From: a virus
IMG/VR virus record: IMGVR_UViG_3300030392_000429
Span: 1 to 47,259 of that record
Strand: one strand, 5' to 3'
Length of the DNA stretch: 47,259 bases
Part shown: positions 39,829 to 47,259 of the stretch, in pieces
How positions within the stretch are numbered: position 1 is the stretch's first letter
How the letters are laid out: each line of letters begins with the position of its first letter
Position numbers and translations under genes: made by a program
Notes under the pieces: model-generated
Database searches by the model: none
What the model saw: only the letters and a program-made list of their open reading frames with translations
What the model was told of the DNA's origin: nothing

Positions 39829-40220
39829 ATATTAAATGTGACTATTGCGGAAAAGAAGCCAAAAAAACTACAGGCGCTGAAATCTACCCGCACCGCGATG
39901 ATTTACACGCGCTGAAATTTTATGCCTGCATGCCGTGCGCAGCTTGGGTAGGCTGTCATAAAAAAACGGGAAAACCACTTGGTCGTCTTGCGAATGCTGA
40001 TCTTAGAAAGGCAAAAATGAACGCCCATAAGGCTTTTGATCCGTTATGGAAAAATGGCGACATGACTAGGGGTGATGCTTATGCCTGGCTATCCAATGAG
40101 CTTTGCATTAGCCGTGATAAGTGCCATATTGGGATGTTTGATATAGACCAATGCTGGTCTGTCGTTGATGCTTGCAATAACTTGCTAGGTTCTGTTGATA
40201 GACCGAGGTGGCTTAAATGA
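39825..40220 (+). CDS. Zinc-finger protein, DUF3268-like
   Basis: TTG start after GGAGGGG. CDYCGK...YACMPCAAWVGCH...LRKAKMNAHKAFDPLW pattern. Confidence 0.65.
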   Translation: MNIKCDYCGKEAKKTTGAEIYPHRDDLHALKFYACMPCAAWVGCHKKTGKPLGRLANADLRKAKMNAHKAFDPLWKNGDMTRGDAYAWLSNELCISRDKCHIGMFDIDQCWSVVDACNNLLGSVDRPRWLK

Positions 40221-42034
40221 CCTACACCCTAAGACCCTACCAGCAGGCAGCGCACGACGCCGTCATAGACTGGGTTAAGACCTGCCTAGACCCGTGCTTA
40301 GTAGAAGCCGCTACCGGGTCAGGCAAGAGCCTGCTAGTGGCTGCCATTGCCGCCAGCATCCACGCCATGAGCGGCAAAAAGATTCTGTGCATTGCGCCTT
40401 CGAGTGAATTGGTAGAACAAAATTTCGAGAAATACTTAGTCACTGGTGAGAAGGCCAGCATATTTAGCGCCAGCCTGGGCAAAAAAGACATGCGCCATAA
40501 CGTCATCTTCGGAACGCCCGGCACTATCAGCAATCAGGTTCGCAAATTCGGCAAGAAGTTCGCCGCCGTGGTGATTGACGAAGCCCACGGCGTCACACCC
40601 ACGCTAATGAAAATCGTGGATCACATGCGCAGCCAGAATCCTAAGCTGCGGGTGATAGGGCTATCAGCCACGCCGTTTCGTCTCGGCACGGGCTACATTT
40701 ATGGCAACCACTACCAGCATGGCGCGATTGACGAAACGCAGGCGATTGATCCGTTTTTCCATACGCTGGTATACAGCATTGGGGCGCGTGAACTTATCGA
40801 CGCGGGCTACCTAACGCCACCCGTCTTTGAGCAAACGGCAGAGCATTACGACACCAGCGGGCTAACGCAAAACCGCAACGGCCAGTGGTCATCGGTAACG
40901 GTCGATGCCGCGTTTGTCGGACGTGGGCGCAAAACGAGCGCCATCGTTGCGGACATTGTGAACCAATCGCAGCATCGCTATGGCGTAATGATCTTCGCCG
41001 CCACGGTACAGCACGCTCAAGAGATTATGGAATCGTTGCCGCCGTCTCTGTCGCGCATCGTGACCGGGGGAACTGACAAAAAAGAGCGGCGGCAAATACT
41101 GGCGGATTTTAAAGCGCAACGGGTCAAGTACCTGGTCAACGTTTCGGTGCTAACCACAGGCTTTGATGCGCCACACGTTGACGTAGTGGCAATCATGCGC
41201 GCCACGGAATCGGTGTCTTTACTGCAACAAATTATCGGTCGCGGCCTTCGGTTGTATGACGGCAAAAAAGATTGCCTAATCCTGGACTACGCCGAAAATA
41301 TCGAGCGCCACTGTCCCGGCGGTGACGTGTTTGAACCGGATATTCGCGCCAAGCGGGCAACGCCTAGCGAGCCGATGCAAGTTAAATGCCCTATGTGTAG
41401 CTATATCAACACCTTTGGCGCACGCAAAAACGATGAAGGCTTTGGCGTCGATGAAGAAGGCTATTTTGTAGACCTCGCAGGTCAACGCATCGAAGTAGCC
41501 GAAGGCCAGCCGCTTCCCGCTCACTATGGCAGGCGCTGCCAGGGCGAAGTGCTAATATCAGGCCACCATACGCAATGCGGGCACAAGTGGAGCTATAAAG
41601 AGTGCCCTGAATGCGGAGGTGAAAACGACATTGCGGCGCGCTACTGCACGACCTGCAAGGCAGAAATCATAGACCCGAATGAGAAGCTACGCGAGGAAGC
41701 CATCAAGATGGCCTCCGACCCGTACCGTCTGCGCATCTCGCCCATTACCGGATGGTTCGCTGTTGAGCACACCAGCAGCTCGGGAATCCCTATGATTAAG
41801 GTGCGCTATGACGTTGATGAACACCCACACCACTTGTACGACTACATCGCGCCGGAGCATAACAGCCACTGGATGCGCAAGCGTGCGGCTGATTGGTGCC
41901 AAGCGGTGTTTGGCGAGTCGCTGCCAGACAACCAAGCCATCATCGACAGCTTTAGCGATGCGACACGACCAACCACCATTGCTTTCGCCAAGAAGCGCGG
42001 ATCTCGCTTTTTTGAGGTAAGGGGGATTGAATGA
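40217..42034 (+). CDS. SF2 DEAH-box DNA helicase with C-terminal zinc ribbons
   Basis: EAATGSGKS (motif I), VIDEAH (II), SAT (III), QIIGRGLR (VI). CPMCSY and CPECGG...CTTCKAE near the C-terminus. Confidence 0.85.
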   Translation: MTYTLRPYQQAAHDAVIDWVKTCLDPCLVEAATGSGKSLLVAAIAASIHAMSGKKILCIAPSSELVEQNFEKYLVTGEKASIFSASLGKKDMRHNVIFGTPGTISNQVRKFGKKFAAVVIDEAHGVTPTLMKIVDHMRSQNPKLRVIGLSATPFRLGTGYIYGNHYQHGAIDETQAIDPFFHTLVYSIGARELIDAGYLTPPVFEQTAEHYDTSGLTQNRNGQWSSVTVDAAFVGRGRKTSAIVADIVNQSQHRYGVMIFAATVQHAQEIMESLPPSLSRIVTGGTDKKERRQILADFKAQRVKYLVNVSVLTTGFDAPHVDVVAIMRATESVSLLQQIIGRGLRLYDGKKDCLILDYAENIERHCPGGDVFEPDIRAKRATPSEPMQVKCPMCSYINTFGARKNDEGFGVDEEGYFVDLAGQRIEVAEGQPLPAHYGRRCQGEVLISGHHTQCGHKWSYKECPECGGENDIAARYCTTCKAEIIDPNEKLREEAIKMASDPYRLRISPITGWFAVEHTSSSGIPMIKVRYDVDEHPHHLYDYIAPEHNSHWMRKRAADWCQAVFGESLPDNQAIIDSFSDATRPTTIAFAKKRGSRFFEVRGIE

Positions 42035-42387
42035 AAAACGCACTACCCAGCGAGCACGCTGAACAAGTGACGCTAGTCAACTGGTTTCGCACCACGTATC
42101 CGAACGTGCGCATTATCGCCATACCCAATGGCGGCTTTCGTGACCACAATACCGCCAAAAAGCTAAAAGCCGAAGGAGTGCTGCCAGGCGTGCCAGACCT
42201 GTTTATCCCAGAATGGAACCTATGGGTAGAGATGAAGCGACAGAAAGGCGGTCGGCTGTCAGCAGAGCAAAAGGACTGGATTCAGTACCTCGACGCCTGC
42301 AATTATGCTGTTATCGTGGGCTATGGTTTTGAGGATGCAAAAGAGAAGCTGATAGTTTTTGCCCGCAACAAGACTGCAACCCAATAA
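42031..42387 (+). CDS. VRR-NUC domain nuclease
   Basis: 118 aa. EHAEQVTLVNWF...IPNGG...GVPDLFIPEWNLWVEMKRQKG (D..E.K). Confidence 0.8.
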   Translation: MKNALPSEHAEQVTLVNWFRTTYPNVRIIAIPNGGFRDHNTAKKLKAEGVLPGVPDLFIPEWNLWVEMKRQKGGRLSAEQKDWIQYLDACNYAVIVGYGFEDAKEKLIVFARNKTATQ

Positions 42388-42400
42388 ACAAAATCAATTA

Positions 42401-42422
42401 GCCACCCCGCGCTAGGGGTGGC
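42401..42422 (+). terminator. GC-rich hairpin without a clear U tract
   Basis: gccacccc-gcgcta-ggggtggc followed by agtatttg. Between the VRR-NUC and SNF2 genes. Confidence 0.3.
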
Positions 42423-42465
42423 AGTATTTGACAGGCAAGGCAACACGACACAATCAGGAGTGGTT

Positions 42466-43833
42466 ATGGAATATCACGAATTTATACAGGCCAAGCGCCA
42501 CAGTATAGGAAATCAGGGATTCGACCCCGTGTGGATGCCTGATTGCGCGTTTGATTTTCAGCAAGAGATTATTAGCCGCATTGTCAAAAAAGGCCGCGTC
42601 GGACTGTTTGCCGATACCGGCCTGGGCAAAACGCTAATGCAGCTCGCGTTTGCTTACAACGTGGTTAAGAAAACTAACAAGCGCGTATTGATTCTCACGC
42701 CGCTAGCAGTAGCGTTTCAGTTTATCAAGGAAGCCGAAAAGCTAGGGATTGACGACATTTGCCACACGAAAACGGGCAAGTTTGATAAGTCCATTGTTGT
42801 ATGCAACTACGAGCGCCTGCACCTGCTAGACCCTGCTGATTTTGAAGCGGTGCTGCTGGACGAATCCAGTATTCTCAAAAACTTTGACGGCAAAACCAAA
42901 GAGCAAATTATTGGTTTTATCAAGCGTGTCCGCTATCGCTTATTGTCTACTGCCACTCCATCACCCAACGATTTTATAGAGCTAGGCAATAGCTCCGAGG
43001 CTTTGGGTTATATGGGCTACATGGATATGCTCGGCAAATTTTTCCGCAGTAATCAGAACAGCGTTGACAGCAATAACCGAAACATTGGTGAGAAATTCTA
43101 CTTAAAGCCACATGCCGAGCGCGATTTTTTCGCATGGGTGAACCAGTGGTCAATCATGGTTAAGCGACCTAGCGACTTGGGCTTTAGCAACAAGGGCTAC
43201 GAGCTACCAGCGCTGCACACCAACCGCCACATGGTTTACAACCGCGAGGCGTGGGTGGCAGACGGGCAAGCGTCACTGTTCGCCATGCCTGCTAAAACGA
43301 TGACCGAAGTTCGAGCCGAGCAAAAGAAAACGGTTGCTGAGCGCTGCGAACGAGCCATTGAACTAGCTGATGGCAAAACGTCTGTTTACTGGTGCAACCT
43401 CAACGAAGAATCGGCGCTGCTAGCTGAGCTTGACCCCGAAGCGGTAGAGATTAAAGGCGGCATGAGCATCGACAAAAAAGAGGACATCCTTCTGGCGTTT
43501 GCGGATGGCGACATAGGCCGATTAATCACGAAAGCCAAAATGACATCAATGGGTCTTAATTGGCAGCACTGCAACCACACGGTCTATTTCCCAACGTGGA
43601 GCTATGAGCAGTATTACCAAGCCATACGCCGCTTCTGGCGTTTTGGACAAAAGCGCGAAGTCACCTGTGACCTAGTAATTAGCGAAGGGCAAGAGCGTGT
43701 TATCCAGGCGTTGCAGGAAAAAACGCAAAAAGCTATTGACCTGTATGAGAACCTAGTCGCTAACGCTAATCGCACGTATGACGATGTAAGAAAAGGCAAC
43801 ACCCAGGCCGTGCAACTACCCTCATTTCTATAA
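42466..43833 (+). CDS. SNF2-family helicase/translocase
   Basis: ATG 42466 with SD AGGAG. FADTGLGKT (I), LLDESS (II), STATPSPN (III), MTSMGLNWQ (V), QAIRRFWRFGQ (VI). Confidence 0.8.
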   Translation: MEYHEFIQAKRHSIGNQGFDPVWMPDCAFDFQQEIISRIVKKGRVGLFADTGLGKTLMQLAFAYNVVKKTNKRVLILTPLAVAFQFIKEAEKLGIDDICHTKTGKFDKSIVVCNYERLHLLDPADFEAVLLDESSILKNFDGKTKEQIIGFIKRVRYRLLSTATPSPNDFIELGNSSEALGYMGYMDMLGKFFRSNQNSVDSNNRNIGEKFYLKPHAERDFFAWVNQWSIMVKRPSDLGFSNKGYELPALHTNRHMVYNREAWVADGQASLFAMPAKTMTEVRAEQKKTVAERCERAIELADGKTSVYWCNLNEESALLAELDPEAVEIKGGMSIDKKEDILLAFADGDIGRLITKAKMTSMGLNWQHCNHTVYFPTWSYEQYYQAIRRFWRFGQKREVTCDLVISEGQERVIQALQEKTQKAIDLYENLVANANRTYDDVRKGNTQAVQLPSFL

Positions 43834-43845
43834 GGAGCAACACCC

Positions 43846-44868
43846 ATGATTAAAGATCAAATTGTTACCGACCAGTACGCCATCTATAACGCTGACAGCA
43901 TGGAAGTTCTGCCGCAAATACCGGATAACTCTATTGGCCTCTCAGTGTACTCTCCCCCGTTCGCTGGCCTTTACCAATATTCCAGCGACGAACGCGACTT
44001 TTCCAACTGCGAATCAAAAGAGCAGTTCCTGCAACAGTACGAATACATGATTAAAGAAATTTCCCGCGTTACGCAGCCAGGGCGTATTACAGCGGTTCAC
44101 GTAACAGACGTTCACGATAACGCCTGTTACCTATGGGACTTCCCCGCCGAGGTTATCAAGATGCATGCTAAATACGGCTTCCACTACCGTTGCCGTGTGG
44201 GAATCCGCAAAGAGCCGCTAAAAGTGCGTATGCGCACGATGGTCAAAAGCTTGATGCACAAACTGGTTGTTGAAGATATGAGCCAATGTTTCCCGGCCAT
44301 GCCTGACTACCTGCTTATTTTCACTAAAAAGGGCGATAACGAAAACCCGGTAACGCACCCGATGGGGCTTGTGGAGTTCCCGTATTTTGGCGAGACGCCA
44401 ATTCTCCCCCACTTTGTGACCGCGTGGAATAACGAACACGGCACCGATTGGAACGCGGACGACCTATGGCAGCACTTGAAAAGCGCCTACGCGGATCACG
44501 ACGACGCCAAAACCAACAAATTGAGCCACTACATTTGGAGGCGTTACGCGGATTACATGTGGGACGACATCCGCATCGACAACGTTCTTCCTTACCGCGA
44601 CAGCAAAGAAGAAGATGACGAAAAGCACGTTCACCCGTTACAGCTCGATGTTATTGACCGCGTGGTTTACATGTACAGTAATCCAGGCGATACGGTTTTG
44701 ACACCATTTATGGGTGTGGGTAGCGAGGTGTACAGCCCGGTAAGCATGGGTCGCAAAGCTATCGGAATCGAATTGAAAGACAGTTATTTCAAGCAGGCGC
44801 GGATCAACCTGACGCACGCTGATAGCCGATTTCATACCAACGCTGTTGAGCAAATGAAGATGCTGTAA
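43846..44868 (+). CDS. DNA methyltransferase, beta-class N4-C/N6-A type
   Basis: VYSPPFA (motif IV, SPPF) precedes VLTPFMGVGSE (FxGxG AdoMet motif). SD AAGGAG. Confidence 0.75.
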   Translation: MIKDQIVTDQYAIYNADSMEVLPQIPDNSIGLSVYSPPFAGLYQYSSDERDFSNCESKEQFLQQYEYMIKEISRVTQPGRITAVHVTDVHDNACYLWDFPAEVIKMHAKYGFHYRCRVGIRKEPLKVRMRTMVKSLMHKLVVEDMSQCFPAMPDYLLIFTKKGDNENPVTHPMGLVEFPYFGETPILPHFVTAWNNEHGTDWNADDLWQHLKSAYADHDDAKTNKLSHYIWRRYADYMWDDIRIDNVLPYRDSKEEDDEKHVHPLQLDVIDRVVYMYSNPGDTVLTPFMGVGSEVYSPVSMGRKAIGIELKDSYFKQARINLTHADSRFHTNAVEQMKML

Positions 44869-44870
44869 CC

Positions 44871-45200
44871 ATGCACCCATCAACATACTACAAACGCCTA
44901 GCCGCTGGCTACGACCACGAACAGGCGCACACACTACCCAAACACTGCCCGCGCTGGATGCGGGCAATTGAAGAACAGGAAGGCCAGCCGATGCGCGACA
45001 TCTTGGCAGCGGCAGCCAAGGCTGCACCACAAACGGGCTATACCTGCGCTGACTTAGCACGCGAATTGGGACTGCATAAAGATACGCTGGGCCACTGGTG
45101 CCGAAAGTGGGGAATACGATTCCCCGCTGGTGCCAGTAGTCGGCAAAAAGAGGCCGCGAAGGCTACCATTGATAGGGTTAATAGGAGGAAGAGAAAATGA
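44871..45200 (+). CDS. Putative HTH DNA-binding protein (109 aa)
   Basis: YTCADLARELGLHKDTLGHWCRKWG is helix-turn-helix-like. Basic C-terminus. Confidence 0.55.
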   Translation: MHPSTYYKRLAAGYDHEQAHTLPKHCPRWMRAIEEQEGQPMRDILAAAAKAAPQTGYTCADLARELGLHKDTLGHWCRKWGIRFPAGASSRQKEAAKATIDRVNRRKRK

Positions 45201-45358
45201 TAACCGTCAAAATCACCAAAACGCAGCGCATTGACGACCGCGCGGTTACTTACGCCACTGAGCTAAAGGGTGATGCGGGCGAAGTGCTGGCATTGCTTGA
45301 TGAGCTGGGCCACACAATGCCGCTGGAAGATGATGAAAAGACCGATACTGTTCATTGA
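45197..45358 (+). CDS. Micro-ORF (53 aa), below the ORF-track cutoff
   Basis: MITVKITKTQRIDDRAVTYATELKGDAGEVLALLDELGHTMPLEDDEKTDTVH. ATGA overlap at 45197-45200. Confidence 0.45.
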   Translation: MITVKITKTQRIDDRAVTYATELKGDAGEVLALLDELGHTMPLEDDEKTDTVH

Positions 45359-45367
45359 GGAAAAACC

Positions 45368-45790
45368 ATGACTGCAATCCAATTCAAACGACTAACCAAA
45401 AACGCAACTATCCCCACCCGCGCCACCGATGGCAGCGGGGGCTTTGACCTCTACTGCACCGAACGAGTAGACCTACCGCCAGGGCAGCGGATGTTATTGC
45501 CAACGGGTATCGCTATGGCGTTACCGAATGGTACCTGCGCGATGGTATGGCCCCGCAGCGGGCTAGCTGCCAAGCGCGGCATTGATCGGTTGGCCGGGTT
45601 CATCGACGCTGACTACCGTGGCCCCCTGCACGTATCGCTGATTAACCACGGGCTTGACGTTGTTGAGTTCCGCCCTGGTGACCGCATCGCGCAGCTTGTG
45701 GTGACGTATTGCCTGACTGATGCAGTGGAGGTTGATGAGCTAGATGATACCGAGCGCGGTGGTGGTGGATTCGGTAGCTCTGGTCGATAG
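45368..45790 (+). CDS. dut: dUTP diphosphatase (trimeric dUTPase)
   Basis: GSGGFDLY, PRSGLAAKRGI, GFIDADYRG, RIAQLV and C-terminal ERGGGGFGSSGR motifs. Confidence 0.9.
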   Translation: MTAIQFKRLTKNATIPTRATDGSGGFDLYCTERVDLPPGQRMLLPTGIAMALPNGTCAMVWPRSGLAAKRGIDRLAGFIDADYRGPLHVSLINHGLDVVEFRPGDRIAQLVVTYCLTDAVEVDELDDTERGGGGFGSSGR

Positions 45791-45899
45791 CCAAAACCTA
45801 ACGCATCACCGAATCGTATAGAGAATTACAATTATAAATTCAGCCTAAAAACCTCTAATATCATCTCATACATAAAGCGAAGCATTAAGGAGAAAGGCA

Positions 45900-46112
45900 A
45901 TGAACAACGCTAAACGAGTTGATGATTGGCACGAAGAGGGCGACGTTTCCGGCAAGTTCGTAAAGCGCGGTGGCAAGGTTATTTATACGGATATAGGTGG
46001 ATGCACGGGCAACGGAAAAGTTCGTGCCATTGGTTATCGCGCAGATGATATTTTAGAGACGCGCCGCACTTATTACATCAATTGGAGCGACAAGCTAGTG
46101 AAGGTTGCATAA
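45900..46112 (+). CDS. Hypothetical protein (70 aa)
   Basis: SD AAGGAGAAAGG. Preceded by a 109-nt AT-rich spacer. Confidence 0.55.
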   Translation: MNNAKRVDDWHEEGDVSGKFVKRGGKVIYTDIGGCTGNGKVRAIGYRADDILETRRTYYINWSDKLVKVA

Positions 46113-46160
46113 CACTAACACCAACACGCCCCGCAAACGCGGGGCCATAGGGAAAACAAC

Positions 46161-46337
46161 ATGACCAACGAACAACCCCAAACGCGCCCAGACATCGTAA
46201 TCGGCAACGCTACTGTACTAGGCACAGAGGAAGGCTGGGTCATCCCAGGCGGTCGCTTAATCCGCGACAAGACGCGAGCCCGCATGTATGCGCGGCGGAT
46301 GGCTAATTTAATGACTGGGCTGGAGGTAGTGAAGTGA
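46161..46337 (+). CDS. Micro-ORF (58 aa), below the ORF-track cutoff
   Basis: MTNEQPQTRPDIVIGNATVLGTEEGWVIPGGRLIRDKTRARMYARRMANLMTGLEVVK. Its stop overlaps the next start (GTGA). Confidence 0.45.
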   Translation: MTNEQPQTRPDIVIGNATVLGTEEGWVIPGGRLIRDKTRARMYARRMANLMTGLEVVK

Positions 46338-46618
46338 ATACTGTTCCGGATTACCGTTTAGACGACATCGACGCAGACGCCCGCGACGCCCGTGACCTTG
46401 AGCTAGAAGCGAAGCGCCAAGCCGCATGGGATGAAATGCTGAGCGATGACGGCGACATCAGCGAGGTGCTAGAGCGGCTAACCGAGCATCCGCTTGAAGC
46501 GCTCAACCTACTGCGCGACTATCACCACCTCGGCAACGACCTGCGCACGGCCGGGTATGAGCTGGCAGCGCGGCTGCATGAGTTAGCGGATGGAGTTATC
46601 GAGGAGCGTATCGGATGA
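46334..46618 (+). CDS. Hypothetical acidic protein (94 aa)
   Basis: GTG start coupled to the upstream ORF. Asp/Glu-rich. Confidence 0.5.
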   Translation: MNTVPDYRLDDIDADARDARDLELEAKRQAAWDEMLSDDGDISEVLERLTEHPLEALNLLRDYHHLGNDLRTAGYELAARLHELADGVIEERIG

Positions 46619-46791
46619 ACAGCTTTAACCCGCTACAGAGCATTACCAACGCCATCATGGCCCATGTGCCCGACACTACGTTTGGGCAAGGGCTGGCGAT
46701 TGGTGCCGGACTGTTAATTTGCATCGGTGCCGTGCTGTTTTTAGCGGCGCTGGGCGTTTGGATTGCGGAAAAGATGGGGTATTTGAAATGA
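46615..46791 (+). CDS. Small membrane protein (58 aa), below the ORF-track cutoff
   Basis: ...GQGLAIGAGLLICIGAVLFLAALGVWIAEKMGYLK has one TM segment. ATGA overlaps at both ends. Confidence 0.5.
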   Translation: MNSFNPLQSITNAIMAHVPDTTFGQGLAIGAGLLICIGAVLFLAALGVWIAEKMGYLK

Positions 46792-47259
46792 ATCGCGATG
46801 ACGCGCTAACAGAAACAGCAATGGAAGTATCGCCCCAACAGTGGGGCGAGGATTCAATCATCCATTACCGTGAGTTCGTGTTCGGCTGGAATGAATACCA
46901 GAAGCGCCGCGACGAACTCATCAACGAACCTAATGATGCGGATGCGCCGGAGTGGGCGGCATGGAAGGCGCAAGACAGCGATGGTAGTTGGTACTGGTAT
47001 TGGGACAAGCCCACGCAGGGTGCTAACTCATGGGATCCTTTTGAGAGTGACTCAAGCGTAACTAACGCGACAATCGGAAAAATCCCAGCAGGGCACGACT
47101 GGCGCACCACGCTACGCGAGGTAAAACGCGATATGAGTCAAAATAAGCCAGTTAAGAGCAGAAATGAGCCGCATGGCATCACAGGCGTAAAGCATCGCGT
47201 TGACCGCAAACTAAACCCCGTAACCAGCAGCCTGACCGATTCGCAGGCGCGTGAATATG
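46788..47259 (+). CDS. 5' part of junction-spanning DUF3310-like protein (about 269 aa once the genome is circularised)
   Basis: ATG 46788 is ATGA-coupled to the upstream gene. The ORF is open to the end of the window and continues in frame at position 100. Confidence 0.8.
   Translation, partial: MNRDDALTETAMEVSPQQWGEDSIIHYREFVFGWNEYQKRRDELINEPNDADAPEWAAWKAQDSDGSWYWYWDKPTQGANSWDPFESDSSVTNATIGKIPAGHDWRTTLREVKRDMSQNKPVKSRNEPHGITGVKHRVDRKLNPVTSSLTDSQAREY
47161..47259. repeat. Second copy of the 99-nt terminal sequence
   Basis: Identical to 1..99. Confidence 0.95.

Noticed and set aside
1-47259. Prophage/temperate signatures, CRISPR arrays, diversity-generating retroelement or retron
   Set aside because: No integrase, CI/Cro-type switch, att-like flanks, spacer-repeat array or reverse transcriptase motif (YxDD) was seen in any frame.

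Overview
The window is one complete tailed-phage genome of siphovirus type. It closes on itself: bases 1-99 are identical to 47161-47259, so the unique length is 47160 bp. One ORF (DUF3310-like) runs in frame through that join.

Two divergent arms start from a roughly 110-bp control region at 36449-36560.
- Rightward (+) arm, 36561 through the junction to 1227: Sak4-like ATPase, DUF669-type SSB, HNH endonuclease, Cas4-like exonuclease, DUF3268 zinc protein, DEAH helicase, VRR-NUC nuclease, SNF2 helicase, DNA methyltransferase, dUTPase, small unknown ORFs and two HTH proteins.
- Leftward (-) arm, 36448 down to 1321: HNH endonuclease, Prim-Pol primase-helicase, small early genes, TerS and TerL, portal, MuF-like head protein, scaffold/protease-like protein, major capsid, neck proteins, major tail, tape measure, DUF1833/NlpC-P60/J-like tip proteins, beta-helix tailspike, GH19 endolysin and GTA-type holin.

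I saw no integrase, repressor, tRNA, CRISPR array or reverse transcriptase.

The most unusual part is how the leftward arm is organised. The structural genes are interrupted by several cassettes of small unknown genes at 27740-29216, 25846-26312, 23113-24985, 15201-16782 and 14224-14765, plus one opposite-strand moron at 17513-17815.

Two different repeated upstream signals divide this arm:
- TGCTAnAnT extended -10 elements, often fused to intrinsic terminators, sit in front of structural genes.
- A separate four-copy, roughly 50-bp element sits only in front of accessory gene blocks.

Other items worth a second look:
- a TM2-domain gene cut by an in-frame TAG
- two repeat-rich, AT-cored non-coding regions (22.7-23.05 kb and 33.06-33.4 kb)
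- a roughly 600-bp ORF-poor, hairpin-rich region (16.9-17.5 kb)
- three HNH endonucleases
- a possible amidase relic in front of the endolysin

All functional calls rest on motif recognition by eye and on gene order. No database search was run.
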